From assembly GCA_030704615.1 (NCBI GenBank), contig CM060732.1:32364001-32428000 (forward strand): DNA of 64,000 bases, given 5' to 3'. The notes below the pieces were generated by a model that did not search any database, was not told where the DNA came from, and saw only the letters and a program-made list of their open reading frames with translations. Numbering within the stretch: the first letter of the stretch is position 1; every line of letters begins with the position of its first letter. The stretch is from Takakia lepidozioides (Eukaryota; Plantae; Bryophyta). Made by a program: the position numbers and the translations under genes. This document shows, piece by piece, positions 1 to 11,225 of the stretch.

Positions 1-1399
1 TATTCTCTAAGGATGTGACCCCGCAATAGAAAAAGACAAGCATGTCCCTTAGGGCGCCCCAAAACTCGAAGGCCCTTTGTGAAGGGATGTCATTTTTTTC
101 CCCTTAGCAAGGGTGGTTCCGTGGGGCGACCGTGACAGAATATTCTATCTAAGCCAGTAGCTGAGTCTCTTTAATCCTGGGGGTTAGGGACGCTTGGCTG
201 CCCATGGAACCTGGCGCTTAGATCAACTCGTATTAAAATTTAGTATTCTTAGAGGAGAAATCAACTTTTATATTCACAGATGTATGTTGGATGTCATCCA
301 GGTCCATGTTTGCTATGCCTGCCATAAGTTTAGCGTGAGAGAGGGGGATGGGTTTGGTTGATTTGCTCTTATAAGCTCTACATTTGGGCCGAGGGGTCAT
401 GGGATGGAGGGACACAGGGAGGTGACTTGGCTGCAGAATGTGTGAGGTTGAGGTGGTACTCTTTGGAGAAGGAAGGTGAGGAGGTGATGCTATGTGGTCC
501 AGTGGGTTGCTAATTTTTTGTGTTGGTCTATGGAGGGGAGGGTGCGGTATGTGGAGCAGGTCGGAGAGAGAAGGCAGTCGTGAAGGTGGCGGCGGAGGAG
601 TCGCCATGTTAACTAAGTAACGTCTGCTTGAGGGGTGGATTAGTTTATACAGTAAAAAACATGTCTAAAACTAAAGAGTTCTTTTTTTAGCCTAGCTGAT
701 AGTTAGAAACTATAAGGACACCCCTACAGTCGACAGGAACTGCCTTTCTGTCCTCACCCCGGAATCGTGGTGTATGGGTGAGTAGCTGATGATCTGTGGA
801 GATATTGTGACGGGAAACATATCTTGTTGTGGAGCTGTGTTGGGAGTGACGGTCTATCTGAGTTTCTGTGCGGTAAGGTGTTGTTCTTGGGTTCATTTGG
901 AGCGTTGGAGATGGAGACGACTTATGCAGCGACTGGCTGTCTTTGATCGTTCCCTCATCAACCGTGTGAAGGTTTTTGTGCACGATCTGATAGTTTTTGG
1001 CAGGGATCAGGCTGCCCAGAAGAGGTTGGAGGCACGTTTGGGCGCTCCATTCTACATGTCTGATATATACTTCACGTCAGACCAGGCTGATGATATTCTC
1101 GCCTTTGCTGGGAGAGATGGTGTCACTTTGAGGACAGTACTGACATGAAATCGGAAGTTTGTACGGGGCACAAATTGGCACCTATATTTCAGAAGCACTT
1201 CAGCCTTCCCAAGGACTTTCAATATCAAAAGGAACACAACAGTGTTTACAAGAGCTTTTGCAAGTCCCGGAAGAAGAAGAGGTGATTCATATTGTTCATC
1301 ACCTGGGGAGTCCAGCCAGGATCCATAATTGGGACTTGGGAGGCATCCCGCTTTCTTTGCCGCCATGATCTATGCTTGTCGGATGGAATAATGTATGAA

Positions 1400-1695
1400 A
1401 TTAATGCAAGCTGTGATCTATGACAAGATGGTAGACTAGAGTACCACATATTGAATCTTCCACACCCTCTCTTAGAGTAACCTGGAACTAAAGGGAGTAT
1501 AACTTCAATTCGGGTAACAATGGGAGGGAATGTAAAACTCCAGTCAGGTTACATGGAAGGGAATGTAAATCCACTGAGTGTAACTTGGTCTGGAAATTTG
1601 ACTAGTCCAATTTTAAAATGGACTAAAAGAAGTTATTTAACGTTCCTAGCTAAAAACAGGAGTCTGGACTCCCGCAGGATGGCAGGGTTACATGA
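1400..1695. repeat. Diverged fragment of the TGTAAC-rich TIR element family at 49541-50324
   Basis: Shares collinear blocks with 50000-50320: tgaca(a/g)gatggta, caccctctctt, gagtgtaact, ttgacta-gtccaa..taaaatggact, gggttacat. Confidence 0.5.
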
Positions 1696-2333
1696 GGGAC
1701 CAGTGTTTGTTGTACATCCAAATGGCAGCTGGCTAAAGTCTAAACCCCAACCATATGGCCAAAGATTGTCGTGTTGCAATGAATGAAAGCATCCTAAGCT
1801 CCTAACAACATCCTCACATTGGACAAACTCCTCATCATATAATAGAAAACATTGCTTCTTTACATACTCCGGTACACTTTCTAAAAGTCCGTTCTCATAT
1901 GGGCATATCAAACAAGGTAGTAGACCTGCTTGCTCAAGAACCAATTATGCAAGAATATGGCCATGTCAAAACAGACGGTGCCATAGATAAAACTTTGGAC
2001 ACCTGCAAACCAATAACAAATGAACATGACCCTCTGCACAGATGACAAGAACTGGCAACTGTATTTGTCATTGTCTCTAAAAACCGTTGCATCATGAACA
2101 GACACTCAACCATTGGTGGTCTCAATCATATGATTTTACACATTGTGAGGTTGAAAGCCATATCGAATGAAGAGGTGCTTGATGCCCCCCTAATTTGGGG
2201 TTCTGATGTGTCCTACTAGTTACAAGATTGACAATGTTTTCAAGCTGAACATGACTTAAGTTTGAGTACTTCATTCATACCGCTGGCATCATGTGCTTTG
2301 ATCTCATCTTCATTTGCATCTTTGGCATTGGGG

Positions 2334-3008
2334 TCAGAATGTATATATATTGGGGTTAGAATCTGCAGCAGAATGTGCAAGTTTTGAATCAGGTATCATA
2401 CCGACGGCGTCAGATTCCACAGGATCTTCCAATTGGCCTTGAGCCAGTAATTCTGCCTCCTTGTCAGCCATGGCGGAAATGGGGCACTCATTAGCGTTGT
2501 TGTTTGTGTGTAATCTGTAGAAACACTCTGGCCATGGGTTGGTGTAGAAAGATTCAGGTGAGACGTGCTTATGAGGCCCACCGAACTGGGTGCCCTGCAT
2601 GACTTCCCGCACTTTTTCTTCAAAGTTATCATGCAATACCAACCCCTTCTCCTTGGCCATAAAAAGAGGGGCGAGGGCCTTTCTGTTTGGTCGGAGCGTT
2701 GTGCGAAAGCCGTAGTAGAGGCGATGTCCCAGTAAGTTGTTGGCAAAGTTGCTTGGCCCATCATAAGTTGGCATAAAGATGTCGGAAAGCAAACACACCA
2801 TGTAGTCAACTGCTGGGCCAAGTAAACCCCTGCCTTCTGCGGTAACATTCCTCAGCTCCTTTGAAGCGGCTATCGACATGTGGTTCTCAAGATGAGGGAA
2901 GAGGGCTCGCAGTGGCTGCAGGAAACGTTCACCTCCAAAGATTTCCCCAGAGGCAAGGTAAATTCGTGTTGAGTTGTCAAAGCCCAATGCCCGCAGAATC
3001 AGCCCGAC
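2334..3008 (-). pseudogene. O-fucosyltransferase family (GT106/DUF246, At1g04910-like), last exon, cut off from its 5' exons
   Basis: Acceptor ttgcag followed by VGLILRALGFDNSTRIYLASGE..AVDYMVCLLSDIFMPTYDGPSNFANNLLGHRLYYGF..PESFYTNPWPECF; upstream exons lie at 23327-24697. Confidence 0.88.
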
Positions 3009-3095
3009 CTGCAACACAAAGTTCCCATTCATTCTGTTGCAAGATAGGAATGTGAACTGAAGATGACTTACTTTAATAAAACAACCCTCTAGTGT

Positions 3096-4110
3096 TTGGA
3101 ATCTAGAGGTTGTTTCCACGAAGGCCAAGCTGGCTTTCGGCGAAACAGGGGTTGTGTCGATCATATCTTCACTAGCCAGATTATTCAGGGAAGGAAAAAA
3201 GAAGGGAACCCCCTGATTTTTTCTTGGATGTCAAAAAGGCTTATGACACAGTGTGGAGAAACTTCTATGGCTCCTCCTCTGGACATCTGGGATCAAGGGA
3301 AAGATGTGGAGGGTTGTACATAACATGTATGCTCACACCAAAAGTTGTGTCACTGTTAATCGACAGAAGTCTAACTTCTTTGACATAGACCAAGGTGTAG
3401 CTCAAGGATGTACTCTCTCCCCTCTGTTCTTCAATGTTTTCATCCATCAACTACTCGAGGATGTGGAAAATGAGAGATTTTGGTTAAGGGTGGTTGATGC
3501 CACCATACCAGCCCTTATGTTTGCGGATGACTTCGCAGGCATAGGGGAAACTCCTTCCAACCTCCAGGAATTGATTGATAGCGCGAAGAGATACTTTGAT
3601 CTTTGGGGGCTAGAGGCTAACGTTAGTAAATGTGCAGTAGTGGGCATTCAACGACAGAGGAGAGGGAGGAAGTGATCTCAAGTGGCAGTGGGGTAGCCAA
3701 GAGATTCCGGTCCACCCTTCCTACACATACCTGGGCGTTGAGTTTTCCTCCAACTGTAACTGGGATGCACATATTCAGATAGTTGTTCAAACTGGCAAGG
3801 GAAAAGCGCCGAGTCTCACTAAATGTTTCCACTGCAGAGGGATTAACTCTGAGGTCAAGAAAACATTGCTATGTCGCATTATTAGACCTGCCTTGGAGTA
3901 CGCATCTGCTATATGGGTTGATAACTCCAACCAGGCTAAGTCTCTAGATCCATTCAAGTGGGGGTGCTTAAGGAGTGCATGTCAGCATGCTCCAAAACAG
4001 CCATTGTGGCTGTTCAGGGGGAGTTTGGCATCCCTTCCTTAAACTCCCGACGAGATGAATTCAAGGTCAGATGGTGGGGTCAGTTGCAACACATGTCCAA
4101 CACCAGATAT
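3096..4110 (+). mobile_element. Degenerate non-LTR (LINE, RTE/CR1-like) reverse transcriptase fragment
   Basis: Frameshifted RT motifs QAGFR..DHIF, FLDVKKAYDTV, GVAQGCTLSPLFF, LMFADD, NVSKC, YTYLGV. Confidence 0.88.
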
Positions 4111-4123
4111 CGTACGTTAACCT

Positions 4124-4545
4124 GTGTATTGCAATGAAGAGCGGATTGTGTTTGTGATCGAAGGGACTTCAACTCCGGGAGCAGGGTTGAGTTTCATATC
4201 TACTTAAGCTCAGTGCTGCCGATTGGAGTCCTTTTCTGGCTATTGGTGTATTTAGAGGAACGTTTCTCATTGGAGTAAGGATAGGGAGGCCGCACGTTTC
4301 TCGATGGGAGGGGGAGTAGTTCAACTCCTTCAAGCGCCGGGAGTTGTGCATGGAGGAAGGCAAGGAGTGGTTAGCACCGCAGAGAAGAATTTCTCAGTCA
4401 GATGCAACGACGTATCTCCCAAAGGTTACCAAACAAGGTTCAAGGTGGTCACATCTCATAATACTTCACGGAAACCTAGAATTCCTGTTCAAAAGGTCCC
4501 ATCAGTCACAACAACTACTGGGGCCAGGCTCAGGAACAGACATTT
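4124..4545 (+). pseudogene. Inverted copy of the MATE 5'UTR and first ~80 codons
   Basis: Reverse complement of about 47491-47912; encodes [13 protein letters not shown]...RLRNRH, near-identical to the MATE N-terminus. Confidence 0.95.
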
Positions 4546-4917
4546 GTCCTTAGGTAAGACATGTAATAGATGTTTTGAGATGGACCTTGGTGACAATGTT
4601 GATTTTGTGGATTTGAACAAAGTTGGATATGTTGTAGTGCTCATGGGTTGTTAGACCTACACATAAGTTCTCAGTAAAGTGAGCACTTGCAAAAAGCAAT
4701 AAAAGCTCAATACTTGTCAAGATGAATGCAAAACTTCTCTTTGAATATGATGATGAAACCATGTAAGACTTTATTTACAACATGTACAATGGGTGAACGC
4801 GCATATGATGTGAAGTTCCCAAAAAAGCGGGGGGAGGAACAAGAAACAAGAGAAGAAAACAAAAAGCTATAGTAAGCTACTCAATCAGCGACGAAAACAA
4901 AAGCTATAGTAAACTAC

Positions 4918-5554
4918 TCAAGCAGAGCGACCCTCCCAGCCAATAGCCTGGAGGAGAGCAGGCAAGGAGATAGGCAAAGTGTCAGGCAGAGGCGGAAGAC
5001 GAGATGACGCGGAGCTAGCCACATCAGCCTGATGCAAAATAGAGATGGCTTGTGCTATCTGCAAAGCAACTGAAACACGTTGTTGATAGTAGGCGACAAG
5101 GACGGAGCATGTGGGATGCCAGTGGACCCGCTCTTGGCTGCATGATGTGCACATGTCTGCAGGAAATCGTCGAAGTGCCGGTGCAATGAGCCAAATATTT
5201 CGACCGCCAGTGGAAGAAATGTGTCGGTGGGGTGACGATCGTTGTAGTCGCGCTCCTTGGCCTGGGCTGCTACAGTGGCTGCCGTGCCTGGTGTGGTAGC
5301 TGCGCGAGATAGCAGATCCGCTCGAGTGGGGTCGGCGAGAACGACATCTGCTAAGGTACGCAAACCATCTCTAGATAGGACGATGTCAACACGGCGGCGT
5401 GTAGAGTGGGACGTGAGCGTGGGTCGTAGATGTGGTTGCTCACGCAGTACATGATACCCTGCCTCCGGAGCAATAGATGCCACCGCATCGCGAACCATAT
5501 CATGAGACGCAATGCGCTCACCACCACATGGACAGCGGAGGAGATGGATGGCAA
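4918..5554 (-). pseudogene. C-terminal half-CCHC and RLE endonuclease segment of the CRE ORF
   Basis: HLLRCPCGGERIASHDMVRD..RRVDIV..TLADVVLADP..KERDY..LPLAVEIFG..YYQQRVSVALQ, with one frameshift. Confidence 0.88.
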
Positions 5555-6072
5555 CACTACAACAGATGAGCGTTTTTATGACTGCACATATGACTATTTT
5601 TTCAGTCCTATATGCGTTCATGACTACGTCACTCTGCAGTGAAAAAAACCCTGTCACAGCGACTAGTCTTTAGGACTGCGTTTTGCAAGTCATAGCCGTG
5701 ACTGCGTGCGTGGCACTTGGAGTCAAGCTGCAGAGAGCGATGTAGTCACAACTATATGATTAACAATATGACTACATGTCTACAAAGTATATGACTCCAT
5801 TGGAGAGGCGTCAGAGGGACACATGTAGCACTCCAGATGTGACACGTGTCCACATGGACAACATATATGACCTACACGTGAGAAAGAATATCGTATCATA
5901 TAATGCTATGATGCCATGATGTAGTCATGAGTATATAACTTCATGACTAAAGAGGTTTTTTAATAATATTTTAATTTAATAAATTAAATCATACAATTAT
6001 AATATTTAGAATATTAATTGATTTAAATTCTCATTAGGTTTCTAGGTTCATAGAATGGAAGCCATTGTTGTC

Positions 6073-6440
6073 TTTTATTTATTTATTTTTATTTTTGTTA
6101 ACAAAGAGGGACAGTGGGGGGACGGTGGCCTCCATAACTTTATAGGTAATGGACATAAAATGTCCTTGGATACAAAGAAGAGAAAATAACCTCTGGATAG
6201 AGTGCCATAGAGGCTGAAAGAGGAAGACACAGCTTCGCGTACCAAGACAAGAAAGAGTAGTAAGAAGGAAAGCAAGTAAAGAAGGGGGTCTGCATAGAGC
6301 TAAAGAGTCTAGCAGGAAAAGAGACTGCAGCCAGAAACTACTGCCATAACTTGGAAACAGAAAGGCACCGAGCTGAGGAGAAGAACTGAAAATCAGCTAA
6401 CACTGTCATAAGAAAGTTGGGCCCTAGCCTTTCACTTCCT
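6073..6440 (-). mobile_element. Probable LINE 3'-end fragment inside the CACTA
   Basis: T-rich tail followed by an aacaaagagggacag head resembling the L1 3' ends at 59450 and 62230. Confidence 0.4.
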
Positions 6441-6509
6441 AAAGGATCTAGAGATGGAGAGACATCCCTGCAGGGGTCGTGCTCTTCAGCTCAAAACCAA
6501 CCAATTGAT

Positions 6510-7490
6510 CATCTACCCATGCAGGTTTCTTGTAGCTATCCTTCCACAGGGAATCATAGGTAATCTGGAGATTGAAATCCGGCCCTCTTGGATGAATCTG
6601 GACCTACACTCTATCCCTGCTCCTTCAGATATCCTTGCCTTTGCACAAATCATGCATACATCATTGCCTTGATGCTAGCAGCTGACAATGATAGCCTATA
6701 AGTATTCCAACAAACACCCCAACCCTACTTATCACACTAGTTCCTATGCTGACTTGCATCTGCTTCCAACATGAATTCACCTTTTTGCCTGGATTGTTCC
6801 ACCATTGTCTGGGGTCGGAAACATATTCATTCCAGAGCTTCTCCTCGTCTCTGTTAACTGTTTTTCGATACTTTCCTGTCTCCAAAACCTCCATCCCGCG
6901 CCCTTGCTGTGCATATCGTGCAAGCATCGCGTTCCACGACACCACATCTTGTTAAGCCATAGTGTTGAAGGCTCTCTCCGCATCCTCAATGCTCCCACAT
7001 TTGGCATACATGTCCACGAGGTATTGTTCAAAATCACACATGGTACAATTCCAGCTTTGGTGATGCAACCATGCACCTCTTTGCCCTTTTCCCGGGCTGC
7101 TAGGCTTGCACACGCACTACAAACACACACTAAAATGATGTGGTCAAGCTTCACCCCTTTCCCCATCATTTGCTTATAGGTATCCAAAGCCTCCATCCTG
7201 CTGTGCATACCCTGCAAGCATCGCACTCCACGACACCACATCTCGTTTAGCCATAGTGTTGAACACTCCCTTGACATTGGCATATATGTCCAGAACTAGG
7301 GGAAAGTATTCATTCCACAGCTTCTCCTCGTCTCTGTTACCTCTTTTGGATACTTTCATGTTGTCACATTGGCAGTATCATGTCAAAGTCACTCCAAACT
7401 ATCCCAGGTTCACTCAATCAACTAACTTGCAGAATTCAACATGAAAGTTTAGGGCCGATTCTGATAAGAGAGAAAAACAGGATGAAATGT
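6510..7490 (-). pseudogene. Chimeric captured fragment: OSB-type PDF-motif exons with a PLS-class PPR segment inserted (6876-7300)
   Basis: NRDEEKLWNEYVSDPRQWWNNPGKK, intron, VHPRGPDF; PPR text LVDMYAKCGSIEDAERAFNTMA..DVVSWNAMLARYAQQGRGME and SACASLAAREKGKEVHG; frameshifted. Confidence 0.85.
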
Positions 7491-7814
7491 GTTGAAAAAG
7501 GTGCCTTTATTAGCAGACCATTTTCTCGTTACTACAAAACTAGCCATCCAACACCCCGTTGGCATGCTGATAGTTGATCATGTGAACTGCATTGCAGCCA
7601 GGTTGACTGCAAATGACAACATACAACATGTCTCGGTAGAATTAAAATCAGGCCTTAGATAAGCCTCTGTGTCCTCACCACCAGGTTATCTCAGCAACTT
7701 CAAACAAGAGACAAGTGCCGAAGCTAGAAAAAACTCATATCCTTGGTCACGAGTCCACAATCTATCCCAACAGAGTTCAAAAAGATATTGATTTAAGTGC
7801 TCTGCACTGTTCAT

Positions 7815-7883
7815 CTTGGCACGGGGGTCATAATTTTTGTAGATGCGGTGGCCAAGTCCTGACATCTTCCTTTTCTTGCACAC
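7815..7883 (-). pseudogene. Captured citrate synthase (peroxisomal CSY-type) exon fragment
   Basis: KKRKMSGLGHRIYKNYDPRAK matches the GFGHRVYKNYDPRA signature; copy B keeps the AAG|GTGA donor. Confidence 0.85.
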
Positions 7884-8270
7884 ATTAAAACATAAGAGAG
7901 AGAGATGCTCATGCGAAGGGTCCTGCCTCAAACCGCCAGCAGCAGCGCAGGCTGTAGGATTTCGAGGATGAGCAGCCATGGCAACGCGTACAATGCGTAT
8001 TGTACGCGGGACATCCTCCGTATGTGGCTACGCTCACAAGCGTCCCCGAGGAGCTCAGCTTGGTCATAGCAGGCCGTGTTTCAATCTCTGCCTGCTTAGT
8101 TGCACCGTGGTGGTTCGATCTCACATACCAATCCGACATTACCTGACTACAGATACAAGCAGCACACACAAGAGGTCATTTTGGGTTGATGGTCGGTCAA
8201 ATCCTCTATGGGTCATGACACAAGGTAAAAGACAATGTGGTGAGGATACCTTCTTCTTCGACCTATTTCA

Positions 8271-8790
8271 GCCTGTTTTGCCCTCTCATCAGACTCGGCC
8301 CTAAGATGCATATTGAATTTTGTAAGTTAGCTCGGTGGGTGGATCTGTGGTTGTTTAGAGTGACTTTGACAAGTTGCTGCCGATGTGGCAACATGAAAGT
8401 ATCCAAAAACAGGTAACAGAGATGAGGAGAAGCTTTGGAATGAACACTTTTCCGACCCCAGTCAATGGCGGGACAATGGAGACAAAAAGGTGAGTGCATG
8501 TTGGACTACACTAGAGAGAAGTAGATGCAATTTAGAATTAGAACTACTGTAATAATTAGGGTTGGGGTTTGCTAGAAGAACTTCACGCCGTCGGTGTCAG
8601 CTGCTAGCAGCAAGTATTCATGATTTGTACACAGACAGGGATAGCTGAAGGACCAGGGATAGAGGTTCAGGTTCATCCAAGAGGGCCGGATTTCAAACAC
8701 AATATTAGTTCTGATTCCCTGTGGATCAATAGCTACAAGAAATCTGCCAGAACTAACAGACTGAAAAGACTGAAAAGAAGCTTACCATGA
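8271..8790 (+). pseudogene. Captured OSB-type PDF-motif gene fragment (2 exons, intron 8490-8670)
   Basis: NRDEEKLWNEHFSDPSQWRDNGDKK|gtgagt...ttcag|VHPRGPDFKHNISSDSLWINSY. Confidence 0.82.
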
Positions 8791-9744
8791 TGGTGGAGGA
8801 ATGCACAGAATCACGTGAGGATGCCGAAATGTACACATATACATTGGTGCTGTCCATTGTTGTCTACAGATCAACAGGAAAATGCCAAAAGACTCCATGT
8901 GCTGTACTATGATATAATGTGCAAAGATGTTATACAGTTCGAATTGAGCAATGAGACCGTCCTTGGGAGCCCTGCTATGAGCAACACACAATGAGGAGGT
9001 TGAGGCAATAAGGTCGAGTCTGTTTAAGTGTGCCCGAGTAAATAGAAAAGCTTAGGGGTCATACATGCTCAAGCGAGTCCTTGAGACCATTCTCACTTGA
9101 AAAGCTACGCTAACAGGCAGATTGACCAATTTTGCACTCAAAACTTTCTTTCCTAACCTGTGTGACGATGCATTAACTGTGTCTGAATGGCTGCAGGTGT
9201 CATATGTCACAAACCCAAGCATGTATTCCAGTGGCTGCCACCACCACACTGCCACAAGTTTACTTGGCAAGTTAGACAGAAGGATTGGCTGATTGTGCAC
9301 TCAAAACTGTCCTAGCCTGTGTGATGATACTTGAAACTGAGTCTGAATGGCTGCAAGAGGCAGATGTCGCAAACTCAAGCATGTCGTCCGATTGGTGGAT
9401 GGCAGAATACAATTTGTACTTCATGGTAGTGCCTTGTGGTGATTATGTATAAAGTAGCCTCACAGCCTAAGTTACTGGGAGGATATTGGTGTCCTTACTC
9501 TACCCAGGTGAAGTAATAGCCATACGTGCACTACATGTCAGTACCTTTTGGTAGCAAGACCGTGTTGAACCCTCGGATAGGTCTTCTGCAACCAATCCTA
9601 AGGAGGAATTTGGCAAACTTTCTATCCTACACGCTGCTGGAACTTTCTTATTCAAAACCTGAAGACTTACATCAGTGCCTTTCCTCATGGCACTGGTTGA
9701 GCATCAGCTGCAGAGCCTGTGCTCCCTCCACTCCGTCAAATGTC

Positions 9745-10350
9745 ACACAGAAAAGCTGTCACCAGGCGTCAAACTTGCATTTGAAGGTCCATCTGCGTGC
9801 CCAGAAGGTGCAATATGATGCATGTTGCCACTTGAAAGGATTATTGGCACACTAATCCAAACCATATCCAGCAGATTCACTCTCTACCACCAGAGCCCCT
9901 CCTGTGCACTAGGAAGACCAGCTGCGTCCCACACCCTTTCTGCCACTGCCTCCACAACAATTGCAATACCCTTTTCACACTCGCCTTTGCCAAGTAGAGG
10001 CCCAATCCTCCTTCTCAGCACTGCTGACATCAATGACCCTTGCGAACCCCACACCCTATCCCTATCCAAAGTTGTCTCAAGAGTCCAACCTATCTCCACC
10101 TCCAGCTTCTTATCTGAGAGCACTAGGAGCAACAACAGGCTGTTACTGCTGGCTTTCTTGTCCATGTTCCAGTAACTATAAAACTTCCCCACAAACACTG
10201 CAGAGGAGACAGCAGGATGACCAAGTGCCTCCACAGTGACCACAGTCACCTCTGTCCCCGTGTGGTAGCGCAGTACATCAATGACCGTGTTGACTCGCTC
10301 CACAGCCCACGGCTCAGCACACCAGCCTGGTCAGATACCCAACGCATCGT
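9745..10350 (-). pseudogene. Captured TPM-domain (TLP18.3/Psb32/MOLO-1, YgcG-like) gene fragment
   Basis: WVSDQAGVLS..VNTVIDVLRYHTGTEVTVVTV..YWNM..NSLLLLLVLSDKKLEVEIGWTLE; frameshift and TAG in this copy. Confidence 0.75.
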
Positions 10351-11225
10351 CTCCTCTCCTCCTCCTCTTCTCCTCCTACATCATTTTCTCAAGAGTAGGA
10401 AGGTCTGCAAAGCCTCCATCCCACGCCCTTGCATACATGACACAACATCAAATAGATGGTGAAACACAGGAGACAAAAATGCCAAAGTCCCAGCCCGATG
10501 TAAAGTTCGGCGGTGTAATCTTAAACCGTTAGATCTTATACAATCTAGACCGTTAGATCCTGTAAAATCTAACGATTCAAAATAATTTCCATCACATGAT
10601 CTAGCCTTGTACAACCATGATCATTGCGTATTTTAATCTCATATATCTTGCGATGCTTGTTAAGCCACGTCCATCCAGGTCCAATTTATTGAACAGATAT
10701 CAAATCGACACACCGTATAGGCGGAGGGATGAACCCATCCATTGGATAAATTCATTATTGTATGTGCCTTTTAAATGACACGTGTAATGATGTAGTCATA
10801 TATATAGAGTTATGAAACAATTTGCAGTAAGAGACTCATAAGTTTACATGCCATGTCATCGATGGATAAACTTATCAAATGGATGAATACATTCATGTAT
10901 GTACTTTCAAAATGACACGTGTAGGTATGTAGTCGTATAAATAGAGCTGTAAAACCATCTTCAGTCATGGAATCACAAGATTCCATGAAACGTCGTCCAC
11001 GTGTATTCAAAGATATCACACTATCATAAAACCATCCCTGTCATCATGGTCAACAATGTTTGACCAATGCTCCCTAACTTTCCGGAGTCATGTAGTGATA
11101 TCCATTACTACAAAGTGGTAAAACTATGACTGCAACGAATTTCAGCACTCTGTAGTCGTACACCTAGTGCCGTTTTTATGACTCCGCCAAATCCATAGTC
11201 CTAAAAACGCTCATCTCTTGTAGTG

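Larger units (their letters stand above)
5555..11225. mobile_element. Non-autonomous CACTA (En/Spm) element carrying gene fragments (Pack-CACTA), copy A
   Basis: TIRs CACTACAACAGATGAGCGTTTTTATGACT and AGTCCTAAAAACGCTCATCTCTTGTAGTG (27/29 match); 3-bp TSD CAA at 5552-5554 and 11226-11228; dense subterminal ATGACT/AGTCAT repeats; no transposase. Confidence 0.96.

Noticed and set aside
233-1368. Pro-rich ORF 233-607 and ORFs 789-1368
   Set aside because: No recognisable domain or splice pattern; cannot be supported as genes
5055-5657. 200-aa and 247-aa ORFs (also 27704-28447) as standalone genes
   Set aside because: Their N-termini are CACTA terminal sequence read through into the CRE endonuclease frame
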